Virus record (IMG/VR): IMGVR_UViG_3300036833_000092 | Location: 1 to 46,522 of that record | Direction: 5' to 3' (one strand) | Length of the DNA: 46,522 nt | DNA from: a virus | Lineage: Duplodnaviria > Caudoviricetes | Shown here: in pieces, positions 1-9,826 of the stretch | Layout of the letters: each line of letters begins with the position of its first letter | Position numbering within the stretch: position 1 is the stretch's first letter | Position numbers and translations under genes: made by a program | The notes under the pieces: generated by a model | The model's input: only the letters and a program-made list of their open reading frames with translations | Told to the model about the DNA's origin: nothing | Database searches by the model: none

Positions 1-84
1 AAGAGCTTGAGGAAGCAGTACAGGAGTTCCTGAAAGGCGTGCGCGAAGCACTCTGGGGCCAGTTCTACTTACAAGGAGAACGAA

Positions 85-888
85 ATGCAGGTGGCGGTAA
101 TCGGGTGTGGGCCGGCAGGACTAGCGGCGGCGCACGCAGCAGCAGGCCTCGCCTCAGAAGTGACCATCTGGGCACCGCCCGTTAGGTCGCCGCAACGCGG
201 GCCGCTCCTGCTTCAGCGACCCATACCAGGGATCACGACTGATCATCCGGACGGGTATATCAGGCAGATCGTGATCGGCGGGTCCATCCTAGATTACCGT
301 TACAAGCTCTACGGCGACATCAACATCAGCATCCAGGGTAACATCCTCCGGCCGGGCTACCACTGTTGGGACCACATCGCGGCGTATGACAGGATGTGGG
401 CCATGTACATGGATACGCCCGGCCGGATGCTTTACCATCATATCGACGAGTACATCAGCCCAAAACGGCTATACGGCATTCACGACAAATACGACCTTGT
501 AGTGAATACCGCGCCGCTAATGAAGCTGTGTGTGCGAGGTCACAAGTTTACTTTCAAGCAAGTCGACATTACTATGGGCTACTCCTACCCGGACCAGCCC
601 GAGGACACGATCATATTCAATGCTGGTGATAAATACGACTGGGTGCGCTCCTCACGGGTATTGGGCAACAGTTGTACAGAGTGGCTCATCGGTACGGCTC
701 CGCCTGACCTAGAGCCGTTCACTATCCGTAAGCCGATCAGTCACGATTGTAACTGTTTCCCTCGCGTGCTAGGCACCGGACGGTTCGGCGCGTGGCGTAA
801 CGAGACGTGGGTTGATACAGCATACTACGCGGCGCGGGACGCGATCATATCCATACAGAGACAAGACACCTGGAATCAAGTCCAGTAA
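85..888 (+). CDS. FAD/NAD-dependent oxidoreductase (Rossmann fold)
   Basis: N-terminal VAVIGCGPAG dinucleotide-binding motif; C-terminal GRFGAW resembles the flavoprotein GR motif; AAGGAG RBS upstream. Confidence 0.75.
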   Translation: MQVAVIGCGPAGLAAAHAAAGLASEVTIWAPPVRSPQRGPLLLQRPIPGITTDHPDGYIRQIVIGGSILDYRYKLYGDINISIQGNILRPGYHCWDHIAAYDRMWAMYMDTPGRMLYHHIDEYISPKRLYGIHDKYDLVVNTAPLMKLCVRGHKFTFKQVDITMGYSYPDQPEDTIIFNAGDKYDWVRSSRVLGNSCTEWLIGTAPPDLEPFTIRKPISHDCNCFPRVLGTGRFGAWRNETWVDTAYYAARDAIISIQRQDTWNQVQ

Positions 889-916
889 CAAAAGCAGGAA
901 GGCAGGAAGGCAGACA

Positions 917-1831
917 GTGTCAGACGTATACGATACCACAACTACGGCGTACGGGTATGGCCTCGAACCTACCAGGGCATCACGCGCTACGTCAAGGCCA
1001 GTCGACGACATGAGCTACCACGGTACCCGCTCTATCGCCAGCAAGCGCCTGACCCTGGATCGCGGGCGCTCCATATCGCCGTCCAATAACGGCATCGTCC
1101 AGGTCGGGCAGGATGGCCTAGAAGTCGTCCTGGTACAGGACTACGATGACAAGGTCATGGACACCATCGGCCGGTGGGCAGGCTCCGCGTCGGTCGGTGC
1201 GCCGCCCGAGATAGTCAACCGTACCGACCCGGAAGCATTCCTGTCTGGCGGCCTCGCGTTCCAGAGCCTGGAGGACATCCGCGTTGCGTTCGGTGTACGC
1301 GGAGCTAGCCGCGTCCTGACCCATCAGCTAGTCCGGACCAGGCAGGCGGCGTTCAAGCAGCAGTCCCAGCGCGACTGCTTCATGGGCGACATGCCAGAGT
1401 TCCGTATGCCGGAGTCGGTGTGGATGGACATGGAGCTACGTAGCAGGTGGATCCATGTCGCCGTCCAGGCGCACCGCGCCTACGCGGAGGCCATCAAGCG
1501 GGACATCCCATACGAGGATGCGCGCTACATCCTGCCTGAGGGCACGACCAACTTCATCTTCTGTGAATACTCGCTGCGGGTGTTCATGGAAACGTATGCT
1601 TACCGGGGCTGCGTTATGTTCCAGGACGAGATGGTCTGGGTCATGCGCGCAATGAGAGCCCTGCTAGTCGAGGCCCACCCGAACCTGGAGCCGCATCTCA
1701 AGATCAGCTGCGAGAAGATTCAGAAGTGTACGTTCCAGGGCAGCGAGCGCGTCGAGGAACAGTGCGACTTCCCCTGGGCCCGCGAGGATAACAGGACCCA
1801 TCCGCCCAAGCACTACATCGGTCAGGAGTAG
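917..1831 (+). CDS. thyX: Divergent flavin-dependent thymidylate synthase (ThyX-like)
   Basis: SRVLTHQLVRTRQAAFKQQSQR matches the RHRx7S region; EDARYILP motif; start moved to GTG 917 after the AGGAAGG RBS (ORF track starts at 812). Confidence 0.85.
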   Translation: MSDVYDTTTTAYGYGLEPTRASRATSRPVDDMSYHGTRSIASKRLTLDRGRSISPSNNGIVQVGQDGLEVVLVQDYDDKVMDTIGRWAGSASVGAPPEIVNRTDPEAFLSGGLAFQSLEDIRVAFGVRGASRVLTHQLVRTRQAAFKQQSQRDCFMGDMPEFRMPESVWMDMELRSRWIHVAVQAHRAYAEAIKRDIPYEDARYILPEGTTNFIFCEYSLRVFMETYAYRGCVMFQDEMVWVMRAMRALLVEAHPNLEPHLKISCEKIQKCTFQGSERVEEQCDFPWAREDNRTHPPKHYIGQE

Positions 1832-1833
1832 CC

Positions 1834-3033
1834 ATGACGTTCACGTTCAGCAACGTACAGATAGCAAAGGACTGGATCAGGCGGCTAGCCGACGAGCGCA
1901 GCGACCTGCCAGAATGGTGGTTCGCCGGTAAGGTCCAGGAAGAGGCAGGCGAGTCCTGGCGTGCGTACATCAGGCTCGTCGGGTTCCATCGCCATGTCGG
2001 GACCACGGCGCAGTACGCAGAGGAACTAGCCGACACCGTCATATCCGCATACGCCGCTGCTATCAAGAGAGGCATCGACCTCGACGGGGCGATCCAGCGC
2101 AAGCACACCATCCTGATGAGCCGGGAAATGCGAGAAGAGTTTGAGGAGCCAGATCTGCTCGATGAGCGCCCGGAGGATCACTGGCGCGAGGCCCGACAAC
2201 CTGATGATCCGATCAGATACAGCCTCGACGAAGCTGCCATGCACGATCTAGCCGATGACATTATCGAGCCAGGACCCGACATGTTCGAGGACCCAGCGTT
2301 CGCAGCTGACTCCCCGCTCAGGGCCGCAGCCGACTACATCCGCGCGGTAGGCCTGCGACCGAACCAGGATGCCATCGAGCAGCTAGCGCTCGCGTTCACG
2401 CCGTGCCTCAAGATCATGTGCGAACGCGGGTACGCTCAGGACGGGTCGACCTGGAAGGCAGGAGGCTGGCGCGGCCTGATATTCGAGATGCTCAAGAAAA
2501 TGGAGCGCGTCCGGTGGCTGGACTGGGCCCACTCAATGGACGCGATGCACGAAATGCCAGACATCCTGAACTTCGGCGGCATGTACATGAGAGGCCGGTA
2601 CACCATAGACAGATTCGGCCCCACATTCGGCGAGCCGTCCAACTTCCAGGGCGAGGCCCCAGAGATAATCACACTCTGCGGTTCGACCAGGTTCGCCAAG
2701 CTGTTCCATGAGGTCAATCTCCGCGAGACCATCCTGGGCCGGATAGTGCTGTCCATCGGATGCGATACGCATAGTGACGATGATCTCGTCCTCGCAAGCG
2801 ATCTAGGCATCAGTCTGGACGGCGAAGACAAAGCCAACCTCGACCGGCTCCACAAGAGGAAGATCGACATGTCCAGCCGGATCGTCGTTATCAGCGACAA
2901 GACCGGCTACATTGGCGACTCCACGCGGAGTGAGATCGGATACGCACTCGCCAACGGCAAGGTGGTCGACTTCATGTCTCCGGCCGCAGAAGACAACTAC
3001 AACGGGAACATGCCAGACAAGGCGCTTGACTGA
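1834..3033 (+). CDS. Fusion of a MazG-like NTP pyrophosphatase, a DUF1599/Nmad1-like helical domain and a nucleoside-deoxyribosyltransferase-like domain
   Basis: KVQEEAGE...EELADTV (MazG); GWRGLIFEMLKKMERV...DILNF; ITLCGSTRF...HKRKIDMS...GYIGDSTRSEIGYA. Confidence 0.65.
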   Translation: MTFTFSNVQIAKDWIRRLADERSDLPEWWFAGKVQEEAGESWRAYIRLVGFHRHVGTTAQYAEELADTVISAYAAAIKRGIDLDGAIQRKHTILMSREMREEFEEPDLLDERPEDHWREARQPDDPIRYSLDEAAMHDLADDIIEPGPDMFEDPAFAADSPLRAAADYIRAVGLRPNQDAIEQLALAFTPCLKIMCERGYAQDGSTWKAGGWRGLIFEMLKKMERVRWLDWAHSMDAMHEMPDILNFGGMYMRGRYTIDRFGPTFGEPSNFQGEAPEIITLCGSTRFAKLFHEVNLRETILGRIVLSIGCDTHSDDDLVLASDLGISLDGEDKANLDRLHKRKIDMSSRIVVISDKTGYIGDSTRSEIGYALANGKVVDFMSPAAEDNYNGNMPDKALD

Positions 3034-3485
3034 TGAGACGCTGGCTGGCTGACGTCTTCGCGGAGTACCGGCGGCATCCGCTCCCTGCATCGGTGCTCGC
3101 CTTCATCGCCGCCGCTGGTCTTGTCGTGGCTGCGGTGACATGGTACAGCCGGCTGGAGGGCAGCACCGCTCCCGCGCCCTCGCCGGTCGTGACCGTCAGC
3201 CAGCCAGCCCCATTCCCAGCTCCGCTGCCATCTGGGCTATCATCCTATACAGGCCCAATCTCGCCTAGGCCGTCATTCGATCCGTTCGGGTCGACTGGTA
3301 ACGCTCCTAGCGCGTCTAGGACGGCTTCTAGTACCCGGTCCTCTACCGGCCTACCCTCGCGGCGTCCTAGCGTCTCTCCGCGAACTACGGCACCGTCTAG
3401 GACCCCTAGCGCGACCCCGGACCCGACCCCGGACCCGAGCCCGGACCCGGCTCTCACTGCAACTCCATCGGATGTGACTTCATGA
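3033..3485 (+). CDS. Membrane-anchored Pro/Ser/Thr-rich protein
   Basis: One hydrophobic segment followed by a low-complexity tail; overlaps neighbouring stop/start codons. Confidence 0.6.
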   Translation: MRRWLADVFAEYRRHPLPASVLAFIAAAGLVVAAVTWYSRLEGSTAPAPSPVVTVSQPAPFPAPLPSGLSSYTGPISPRPSFDPFGSTGNAPSASRTASSTRSSTGLPSRRPSVSPRTTAPSRTPSATPDPTPDPSPDPALTATPSDVTS

Positions 3486-3700
3486 TCAGGATTCTCAGGG
3501 TACTCGAATACGTCTACGCAGACAACAAGCGTGCCGAAGAGGACATGGCACGCTGGCAAGTTCCTGCTACCGGAACGCAGCGACACGGTAACATGATCAT
3601 TAGGTCATCCATCATCACTGACCTCGATTTCAAGTTCGATGACATACCAGATGACAGACCGAATGAGGAAAGGATATCAGATGAATTCCTGGGGAGTTAG
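3482..3700 (+). CDS. Hypothetical protein
   Basis: ATGA overlap with the upstream gene. Confidence 0.6.
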   Translation: MIRILRVLEYVYADNKRAEEDMARWQVPATGTQRHGNMIIRSSIITDLDFKFDDIPDDRPNEERISDEFLGS

Positions 3701-3701
3701 C

Positions 3702-3800
3702 ATGTGGCCTCTGTACGTCGGCGCAGCAGCCATTGTCGCGTACTACCTGGGCGGTCTCTGGTATGATAAGCGCCAGAAGGATAAGCGAGGATACAGATGA
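3702..3800 (+). CDS. Small membrane peptide (MWPLYVGAAAIVAYYLGGLWYDKRQKDKRGYR)
   Basis: Read manually; GGGGAG RBS; fills the gap and overlaps the next start (ATGA). Confidence 0.55.
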   Translation: MWPLYVGAAAIVAYYLGGLWYDKRQKDKRGYR

Positions 3801-4306
3801 AGTGGAACACGCCAGATACGCTAGTCGAGATGTTCCGTCTCGTAGCAGACAGACCAGATACTCCGGATTGGCTTCCTGATCCTCTCGTAGGCCGGACGCT
3901 CAACATTGGCGCCGGTAACAAACACATCAGGGGCGCAGTGACCCTCGACCTACCCTGGGACGCGGACACCGAGGACATTCCCTATCCGGACGATCACTTC
4001 ATTGTGATCTACGCCATTCATTTCCTGGAGCATGTCCGGTATCCACGCAAGATGCTCCGCGAGCTACAGCGTGTACTAGAGCCCGGAGGCCACCTGAACA
4101 TAGGGCTGCCATACGCTACCAGCGTAGGTGGCCTCCAAGACCTCGACCACAAGTCATTCTGGACTGAAGAAACATGGAAGAATACATTTAACAATACGTA
4201 CTACGACAAGGACCATGAGGGCTGGAAGTTCCGCGTCGGCGCCAACTTCATCATAGGCATCGTAGAGCGGAACACTATGCTGGTAACTCAGCTTATCAAG
4301 GAATGA
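3797..4306 (+). CDS. Class I SAM-dependent methyltransferase (type 11-like)
   Basis: LNIGAG motif I; IPYPDDHF...HFLEHV; RVLEPGG. Confidence 0.8.
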   Translation: MKWNTPDTLVEMFRLVADRPDTPDWLPDPLVGRTLNIGAGNKHIRGAVTLDLPWDADTEDIPYPDDHFIVIYAIHFLEHVRYPRKMLRELQRVLEPGGHLNIGLPYATSVGGLQDLDHKSFWTEETWKNTFNNTYYDKDHEGWKFRVGANFIIGIVERNTMLVTQLIKE

Positions 4307-4307
4307 C

Positions 4308-7300
4308 ATGCTGCTAGTTCCTCTACACCATCATACAACATATTCCTTCTTGGATGGACATGGTACGCCGGAGCAGCACCTGCTGCGCGCAGCCGAGCTA
4401 GGCTACACATCGCTCGCGTTCACGGAGCATGGTAACACTAGCTCGCACTTCCGCGCGGAGAAGGCAGCGACAAAGATCGGGACCGTCAAGCCTATCTTCG
4501 GCATAGAGGCGTACACCGCCAGCGATTATAACGTAGAGAAGCAGGCCAAGTTCCACCTGACTATCCTAGCCACAAACCAGACTGGCTACCGCAATCTGAA
4601 CCTAGCCGTTACGCAGAGCTGGAAGCAGCACCACTGGCATCCGACCATGAAGAGTTCAGATGTATCGAAATTCGGGAACGGCCTCATTGTCTTGTCAGGT
4701 TGTTCCGGTAGCTTCATGGCCTGTACTCTTATCGGCGGCAAAGGCTTCTCAATACCGGAGTCCAAAGAAGACATCGCTGACGCGTACGACGAATGCGGCG
4801 AGATAGCCGAACGGTTTGCCAAGCTGTTCCCTGGCCGGTTCTACCTTGAGGTGCAGGCTTTCCCTGAGCTAGAAGGCACACGCAAGATCAACTCTGCGTA
4901 CAGCCGCCTGTCCCGCGAGCTAGGCATACCGCTAGCAGCTACCCTCGATGTTCATTATGTCCGGCCTGAGGACAACGAGATGCAGGTTATCCTCCATGCC
5001 TGCGGACCTCAGGGACGCGGGCAGGCTACCGCCGATGAAATGCTGCGTCGCTGGAACTATGACGTCCTAATGACCTTGCCGGACTCGGACAAGAAGGTGG
5101 CCAAGCGCCTAGCCGACACCGGCCTGACGCGCGAGCAGGCCTGGGAGGCTATCAAGAACACGTCGATCATAGCGGACCAGTGTAACGTTACGCTACCAAA
5201 GGTGGAGCGGCTTCACTTTCCCTGTCCTGAAGGCACAACGGCAGAAGAGCTAATCTGGGAATGGCTCCGCAACGGATGGCGATACCGTAGGCTAGGCAAC
5301 CGAAGCCGGAAGGAACAAGACTGGTATCTGGACCGGCTACAGCATGAGATGAAGCTGATTGAGGAAAAGGACTTTGTAGATTTCTTCCTGGCTACGTCTG
5401 ATGTCGTACAATGGTGCAAGGATGACGGCAACGGCGTGCCTATCCCGGTCGGGCCTGGACGAGGGAGCGCGGCGGCGAGTCTAGTATGCTGGCTCCTAAG
5501 AATTACTGAGATCGACCCCGGCCGCTACCGTGACATGATCTTCGAGCGGTTCATCGACGCCACGCGGATGGACCCTCCTGATATCGACCTCGACTTTGCG
5601 GATGACCGCAGGTTTGAAGTGCGCGAGTACCTGGAAAGGAAGTACGGCATTGAATGTGTTGGGACTATCGCAAACTTTGTCCGCTACCTGGGCAAGAACG
5701 CGCTCGTGGACGTCGCTCGCGTACACCAGGTTCCTCCCATCGCCAAGAAGATCGTCACTGATCTCGTCATTGACCGATCCAGTGGCGACTCTCGCTTTGA
5801 TGCGACGCTTGAGGACACGGTGGCGATGTTCCCGAATGCTAAGGCGATATTCGATGCGTTCCCCGCGCTGTGGCTGGCGACGCGCCTGGAAGGGAACGTG
5901 CGCGGGATGTCAGTTCATGCGGCGGGACTGGTCGTAGCCAATAGCCCGCTGACCAACGTATGCGCCGTATACGAGCGCGACGGACGCAGGGTGCTGAGTG
6001 TTGACAAATACGACGCGGCCTACGCGGGGATGCTCAAGATGGACTTCCTAGGCCTGACTACTATGGGGATGATAGCTCGCTGTCTTGATATGACCGGCCT
6101 TACGCTGGAGGATTTGTATGCGGTTCCAGATGACGATCCAGTCACGCTATCTATCTTCCAGCGTAACGATGTCACCGGAATTTTTGAGTTCTCGGGTCGC
6201 GCTGCTAGGATTGTCTGTAGGGATGTACACCCAAACAACTTCTCTGAGCTGGCTGATATCAACGCAATGGCTAGGCCGGGGCCGTTGTTTTCAGGTACAA
6301 CCGCAATGTACTGTGATGTCAAGCATGGGCGAAAGAAAGCTGAGCATTATCACCCCATCATTGACGATATCACCGCTCACACCTACTTCCAGATCATCTA
6401 CCAGGAACAAATCCTCAAAATCCTTCAGCTGATAGGAGACTTCGACTGGACCGCTCTCGCCGACATCCGGCGTATCATAGCCAAAAAGTCCGGACAGGCT
6501 GCCTTCCAGGTGAGCATGCAAAACTTCCAGGATGGCGCCAAACGGCTTCACGGTATGAACGCGGAACAGAGCGAGCGTATCTGGAAGAAGCTAGTCACCT
6601 CTGGTACCTACGCATTCAACATCGCCCATGCTATCTCTTACTCAATGCTAGGATGGTGGTGCGCCTACCTCAAGGCTCATCATCCTGTTGAATTCTTTGC
6701 GGCGTCGCTGTACAAATCCAAGCCAGGTAGTGACTCTGCGTTCCGGCTTATGAAGGACGCGCTACGCCACAGCATACCGATCCTGCCACCGGATATCAAT
6801 CACAGCAAAGTTTCCTGGGACATCCTCCCGATGACCGTAGGGCGATCAGGTATCCTCGCGGGCTTCACGTCGGTGCCAGGTATCGGGGACAGGATAGCAG
6901 AGAACATAATGTCCGCTAGATCAGATGACCCGTTCGACGGCTGGCGTGATATGGTCCGCGCTCACGGGGTCGGGCCCAAGAAAGCAGAGAAGATCAGCCA
7001 GTTCATCGTATCTGATGACCCGTTCGGCCTAGAGCGAACCGGCCGGATACTAGACAGGGTCATCGACGCCATTAAGCCTGGCGGTCTTGAGGCTCCGGTC
7101 CCCGCGTACGACGGCGAGCTAGTAGCGGCAGAGGTCGCCGAGCCCTGGGGTAGTAAGCGAAATGGCAAGCTCCTGACATACATCGGGATAGTCAAGGCGC
7201 GTGTTTATCAGGACATCGTCGAGAACATCCACTCAAGGACTGGCGATGACCTCGACGTAATCGAGGCCAACCTCAAGTATCCAGACAAGCGTAAGTACTG

Positions 7301-7493
7301 CGTCCTGCAGTGTTACGACGCATCGCAGGAGGAAGTCTATGCGCGCATCAACCGTTTTACTTTTCCGAGGTTTAGGCGTAAACTAGAAACGGTCGAAGTA
7401 GGTAAAGACGTTGTGATCGTAGTCGGCCGGAAAACGCCAGGCTTTGGGAATAGCCTAGCTGTAGATCAGCTCTACGTTATCGACCCTGAGTAG
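4308..7493 (+). CDS. dnaE: DNA polymerase III alpha subunit (DnaE-like)
   Basis: PHP motifs HTTYSFLDG and TEHG; GPGRGSAAASLV; catalytic PDIDLDF; KMDFLGL; YAFNIAHA. Confidence 0.96.
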   Translation: MLLVPLHHHTTYSFLDGHGTPEQHLLRAAELGYTSLAFTEHGNTSSHFRAEKAATKIGTVKPIFGIEAYTASDYNVEKQAKFHLTILATNQTGYRNLNLAVTQSWKQHHWHPTMKSSDVSKFGNGLIVLSGCSGSFMACTLIGGKGFSIPESKEDIADAYDECGEIAERFAKLFPGRFYLEVQAFPELEGTRKINSAYSRLSRELGIPLAATLDVHYVRPEDNEMQVILHACGPQGRGQATADEMLRRWNYDVLMTLPDSDKKVAKRLADTGLTREQAWEAIKNTSIIADQCNVTLPKVERLHFPCPEGTTAEELIWEWLRNGWRYRRLGNRSRKEQDWYLDRLQHEMKLIEEKDFVDFFLATSDVVQWCKDDGNGVPIPVGPGRGSAAASLVCWLLRITEIDPGRYRDMIFERFIDATRMDPPDIDLDFADDRRFEVREYLERKYGIECVGTIANFVRYLGKNALVDVARVHQVPPIAKKIVTDLVIDRSSGDSRFDATLEDTVAMFPNAKAIFDAFPALWLATRLEGNVRGMSVHAAGLVVANSPLTNVCAVYERDGRRVLSVDKYDAAYAGMLKMDFLGLTTMGMIARCLDMTGLTLEDLYAVPDDDPVTLSIFQRNDVTGIFEFSGRAARIVCRDVHPNNFSELADINAMARPGPLFSGTTAMYCDVKHGRKKAEHYHPIIDDITAHTYFQIIYQEQILKILQLIGDFDWTALADIRRIIAKKSGQAAFQVSMQNFQDGAKRLHGMNAEQSERIWKKLVTSGTYAFNIAHAISYSMLGWWCAYLKAHHPVEFFAASLYKSKPGSDSAFRLMKDALRHSIPILPPDINHSKVSWDILPMTVGRSGILAGFTSVPGIGDRIAENIMSARSDDPFDGWRDMVRAHGVGPKKAEKISQFIVSDDPFGLERTGRILDRVIDAIKPGGLEAPVPAYDGELVAAEVAEPWGSKRNGKLLTYIGIVKARVYQDIVENIHSRTGDDLDVIEANLKYPDKRKYCVLQCYDASQEEVYARINRFTFPRFRRKLETVEVGKDVVIVVGRKTPGFGNSLAVDQLYVIDPE

Positions 7494-7506
7494 CAGGAAG
7501 GCAGAA

Positions 7507-7776
7507 ATGGCAGGGACATACAGTTCAGTTCTACCTCAAGTGTTCAAATACTCGATGGAAGCACCATTGAGCAAAGTCCCGCTGATAGTCGCGATACTGA
7601 CGTCTGCGGGCCGTCGCAACTCATTCGCTATCACCGCGGACGCAAAAGATGGCTACGTCAATGTCTGGATGTCGGAAGTCAGCTACCAGGTCATCAGCCA
7701 TAACTACGCGGCGATTATTCATCCCCATCAAGCCGAGCCAGAGTTCGATGACGACTTCCAGCCAGGTGACTCATGA
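7507..7776 (+). CDS. Hypothetical protein
   Basis: AGGAAGG RBS; follows dnaE in the operon. Confidence 0.6.
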   Translation: MAGTYSSVLPQVFKYSMEAPLSKVPLIVAILTSAGRRNSFAITADAKDGYVNVWMSEVSYQVISHNYAAIIHPHQAEPEFDDDFQPGDS

Positions 7777-8036
7777 CGTCGGCATTCCAAGTCCACAGGA
7801 GGCAGTACCTCATGGAAGGTCCGGGCAAGCCGCGCCAGGCCAGTAAGCGAAACAAGAACGGCCCAGTGCTCGACCTCTGGTTCCACCCGGCCGCGTACGA
7901 GACCGCCATGATCCTCGCCAACGACAACCGCAAGCGCGTTCACGTAGCGCCCGACGGTTCTGGTGCCGTTATCGTCACCAACACCGACCGCCGTCCAGAC
8001 TGGCTGAAGCAATGGCAGCGTCAGCAGCAGAGCTAG
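7773..8036 (+). CDS. Hypothetical protein
   Basis: ATGA overlap. Confidence 0.55.
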   Translation: MTSAFQVHRRQYLMEGPGKPRQASKRNKNGPVLDLWFHPAAYETAMILANDNRKRVHVAPDGSGAVIVTNTDRRPDWLKQWQRQQQS

Positions 8037-8242
8037 CCGTCGCCTACGGCCAAGGCGCGCGGGATGCGATCATGGCTCTGGTCAACATGACGTACCAGGA
8101 TCGCACTCAGATACTAGACCAGGCTCGCGCCGACCGCGACAACGACAGGTTCATACTCTGCGCCGCGCAGAAGCACTGGCTCGTCCGGCTCCGCGACGGA
8201 GCGCCACCCTGTCCCTACTGCCACTGGAGAGACAATGCGTGA
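8012..8242 (+). CDS. Hypothetical protein, possible Zn-binding (CPYCH)
   Basis: Tiles the operon. Confidence 0.5.
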   Translation: MAASAAELAVAYGQGARDAIMALVNMTYQDRTQILDQARADRDNDRFILCAAQKHWLVRLRDGAPPCPYCHWRDNA

Positions 8243-8549
8243 TCACAACCTAGGCCCTGCTACCACCTGGCTACTCCGTGAGTACGCCAGGGCCGGACGA
8301 ACCCAGGACCCGCAGGGGCAGAAGGAAGAGATAATCAGTGTCGCCGGTGAGATGGCCAAGCTACTCGCCAAATGGTACGAAGAGGGATGGTGCCAGGTCG
8401 ACGCCGCCCCCGCGCGGATCTGCGGAGGCCCGCACGTCAACGTCCGGTACCCGGACCTAGGCATGGACGTCATCGAACCACTCAACAAGATGGGAGAGAC
8501 CTTCAATGGAGCCAAGTTCATCAGACTCACCCCAACCGCCACCGGATGA
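8235..8549 (+). CDS. Hypothetical protein
   Basis: GGAGA RBS; tiles the operon. Confidence 0.55.
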   Translation: MRDHNLGPATTWLLREYARAGRTQDPQGQKEEIISVAGEMAKLLAKWYEEGWCQVDAAPARICGGPHVNVRYPDLGMDVIEPLNKMGETFNGAKFIRLTPTATG

Positions 8550-9000
8550 GGAAGACTTCGACATCGTCTACATAGGCGACCGTGAGCGCGGGTACATGGG
8601 CGTCGTCCAGCACAAGTTCAGGCCGCCTGAACCTCACGACATTCCGGCCGAGGAACAGCAAGCGGCCGCATACCGCTACATGCAAAAAGTGTACGGCGAA
8701 GCACTCGGCATCTCCGGCCAGATCGAGTACGGGACAGCGATACACGAGCAACTAGAGGCGTACTGCGCCGAGACAGGAGATCAGATGGTCCAGCACTACC
8801 CAGAGAACGAGCCGCCACCTCCCCCGGCCGGTCCCGCCGCGTACTGCGTTCGATGCGCCCGCTCCGGCGTCGGCGTCTGCGACGACTACCCCGACTGCCC
8901 GGCCGGCAGAGCCGAAGGACGATCCACCGGCAACTACAGCAGCAGGATCAGCCGCACTGCGGACGGCTCCGACCCGCTCGTCCAGGAGCCTGGCCCATGA
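8506..9000 (+). CDS. Hypothetical protein
   Basis: GGAG RBS; Cys cluster in the C-terminal half. Confidence 0.5.
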   Translation: MEPSSSDSPQPPPDEEDFDIVYIGDRERGYMGVVQHKFRPPEPHDIPAEEQQAAAYRYMQKVYGEALGISGQIEYGTAIHEQLEAYCAETGDQMVQHYPENEPPPPPAGPAAYCVRCARSGVGVCDDYPDCPAGRAEGRSTGNYSSRISRTADGSDPLVQEPGP

Positions 9001-9188
9001 GCGAACCAGAGCGAAACAAGGTCGTGTACGTGACACCAGATAGCTCGCAGTGGGTTGTCCTGGATGTTCAGTTCGGCATGATAATGCCGCCTACCATAGA
9101 GCTGCATCAGCCACTAGTAGGGCCGGTGATGTTCTACTGGGCCGAAGGACACAATCTGCGCATACCAAAAGAAGCCAAGCAAAAATGA
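8997..9188 (+). CDS. Hypothetical protein
   Basis: AGGAG RBS; ATGA overlaps at both ends. Confidence 0.55.
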   Translation: MSEPERNKVVYVTPDSSQWVVLDVQFGMIMPPTIELHQPLVGPVMFYWAEGHNLRIPKEAKQK

Positions 9189-9826
9189 AGGTCGCGAAGG
9201 CAAATACCGACGAGATATGGGAGTGGGCCTGGACAATGTTCCAGCGGGCCGCTCGCGACATTCCAGACTGCGAGCATAACCTGGCCTGGAAGCACTACAT
9301 GGCCGAGGCCCGCAAGATGCAGGTATACGGACTACGACAGCAAGACAAGATCATAGCAGGAAGGCAGCCTGAACCTATGCCCCAGAGCAAGAAGGTCAAA
9401 GTCGGCGCAGTGGCGGAGATGGACGATGAACTATTCGTTAAGCACTTCAACGCCCGGCACGCCGACAGCCTATCAGGGATGAATGCGCTACCGTTCCCTA
9501 TCGAGTTCAACATCTGGCAGCTCTACGTAGCGTTCCATTACCGTCTCCACCTAACGAGGCCGGACCTCAAGCACTACCATGAGGAAGATGCCCTGGAGGA
9601 TCGCATCGACCGTACTATCGAGTGCCTCATCGAGCGCGCGTGGCGAGGCTGGTTTGAGATCGCCGGCATCGAGGGCCTCATTGCCGTCTTCCCCGGCGAG
9701 GACATAGCTACCCGTATCAACGGCGTGGTCGAGCATCACAAGGACATCGAAGAGGCCACCGACAGGCTACTGGCCCCAGTGACGCCTGTAAAGGCGGCAG
9801 CCCCAAAAGCGAAAGCGCGCAAGTGA
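9185..9826 (+). CDS. Hypothetical protein
   Basis: Long ORF; start inferred at the ATGA overlap (9185). Confidence 0.6.
   Translation: MKVAKANTDEIWEWAWTMFQRAARDIPDCEHNLAWKHYMAEARKMQVYGLRQQDKIIAGRQPEPMPQSKKVKVGAVAEMDDELFVKHFNARHADSLSGMNALPFPIEFNIWQLYVAFHYRLHLTRPDLKHYHEEDALEDRIDRTIECLIERAWRGWFEIAGIEGLIAVFPGEDIATRINGVVEHHKDIEEATDRLLAPVTPVKAAAPKAKARK

Noticed and set aside
85-7493. 2-aminoadenine (Z) or 7-deazaguanine modification system
   Set aside because: No PurZ, DpdA, FolE or Que-like genes recognisable in the window
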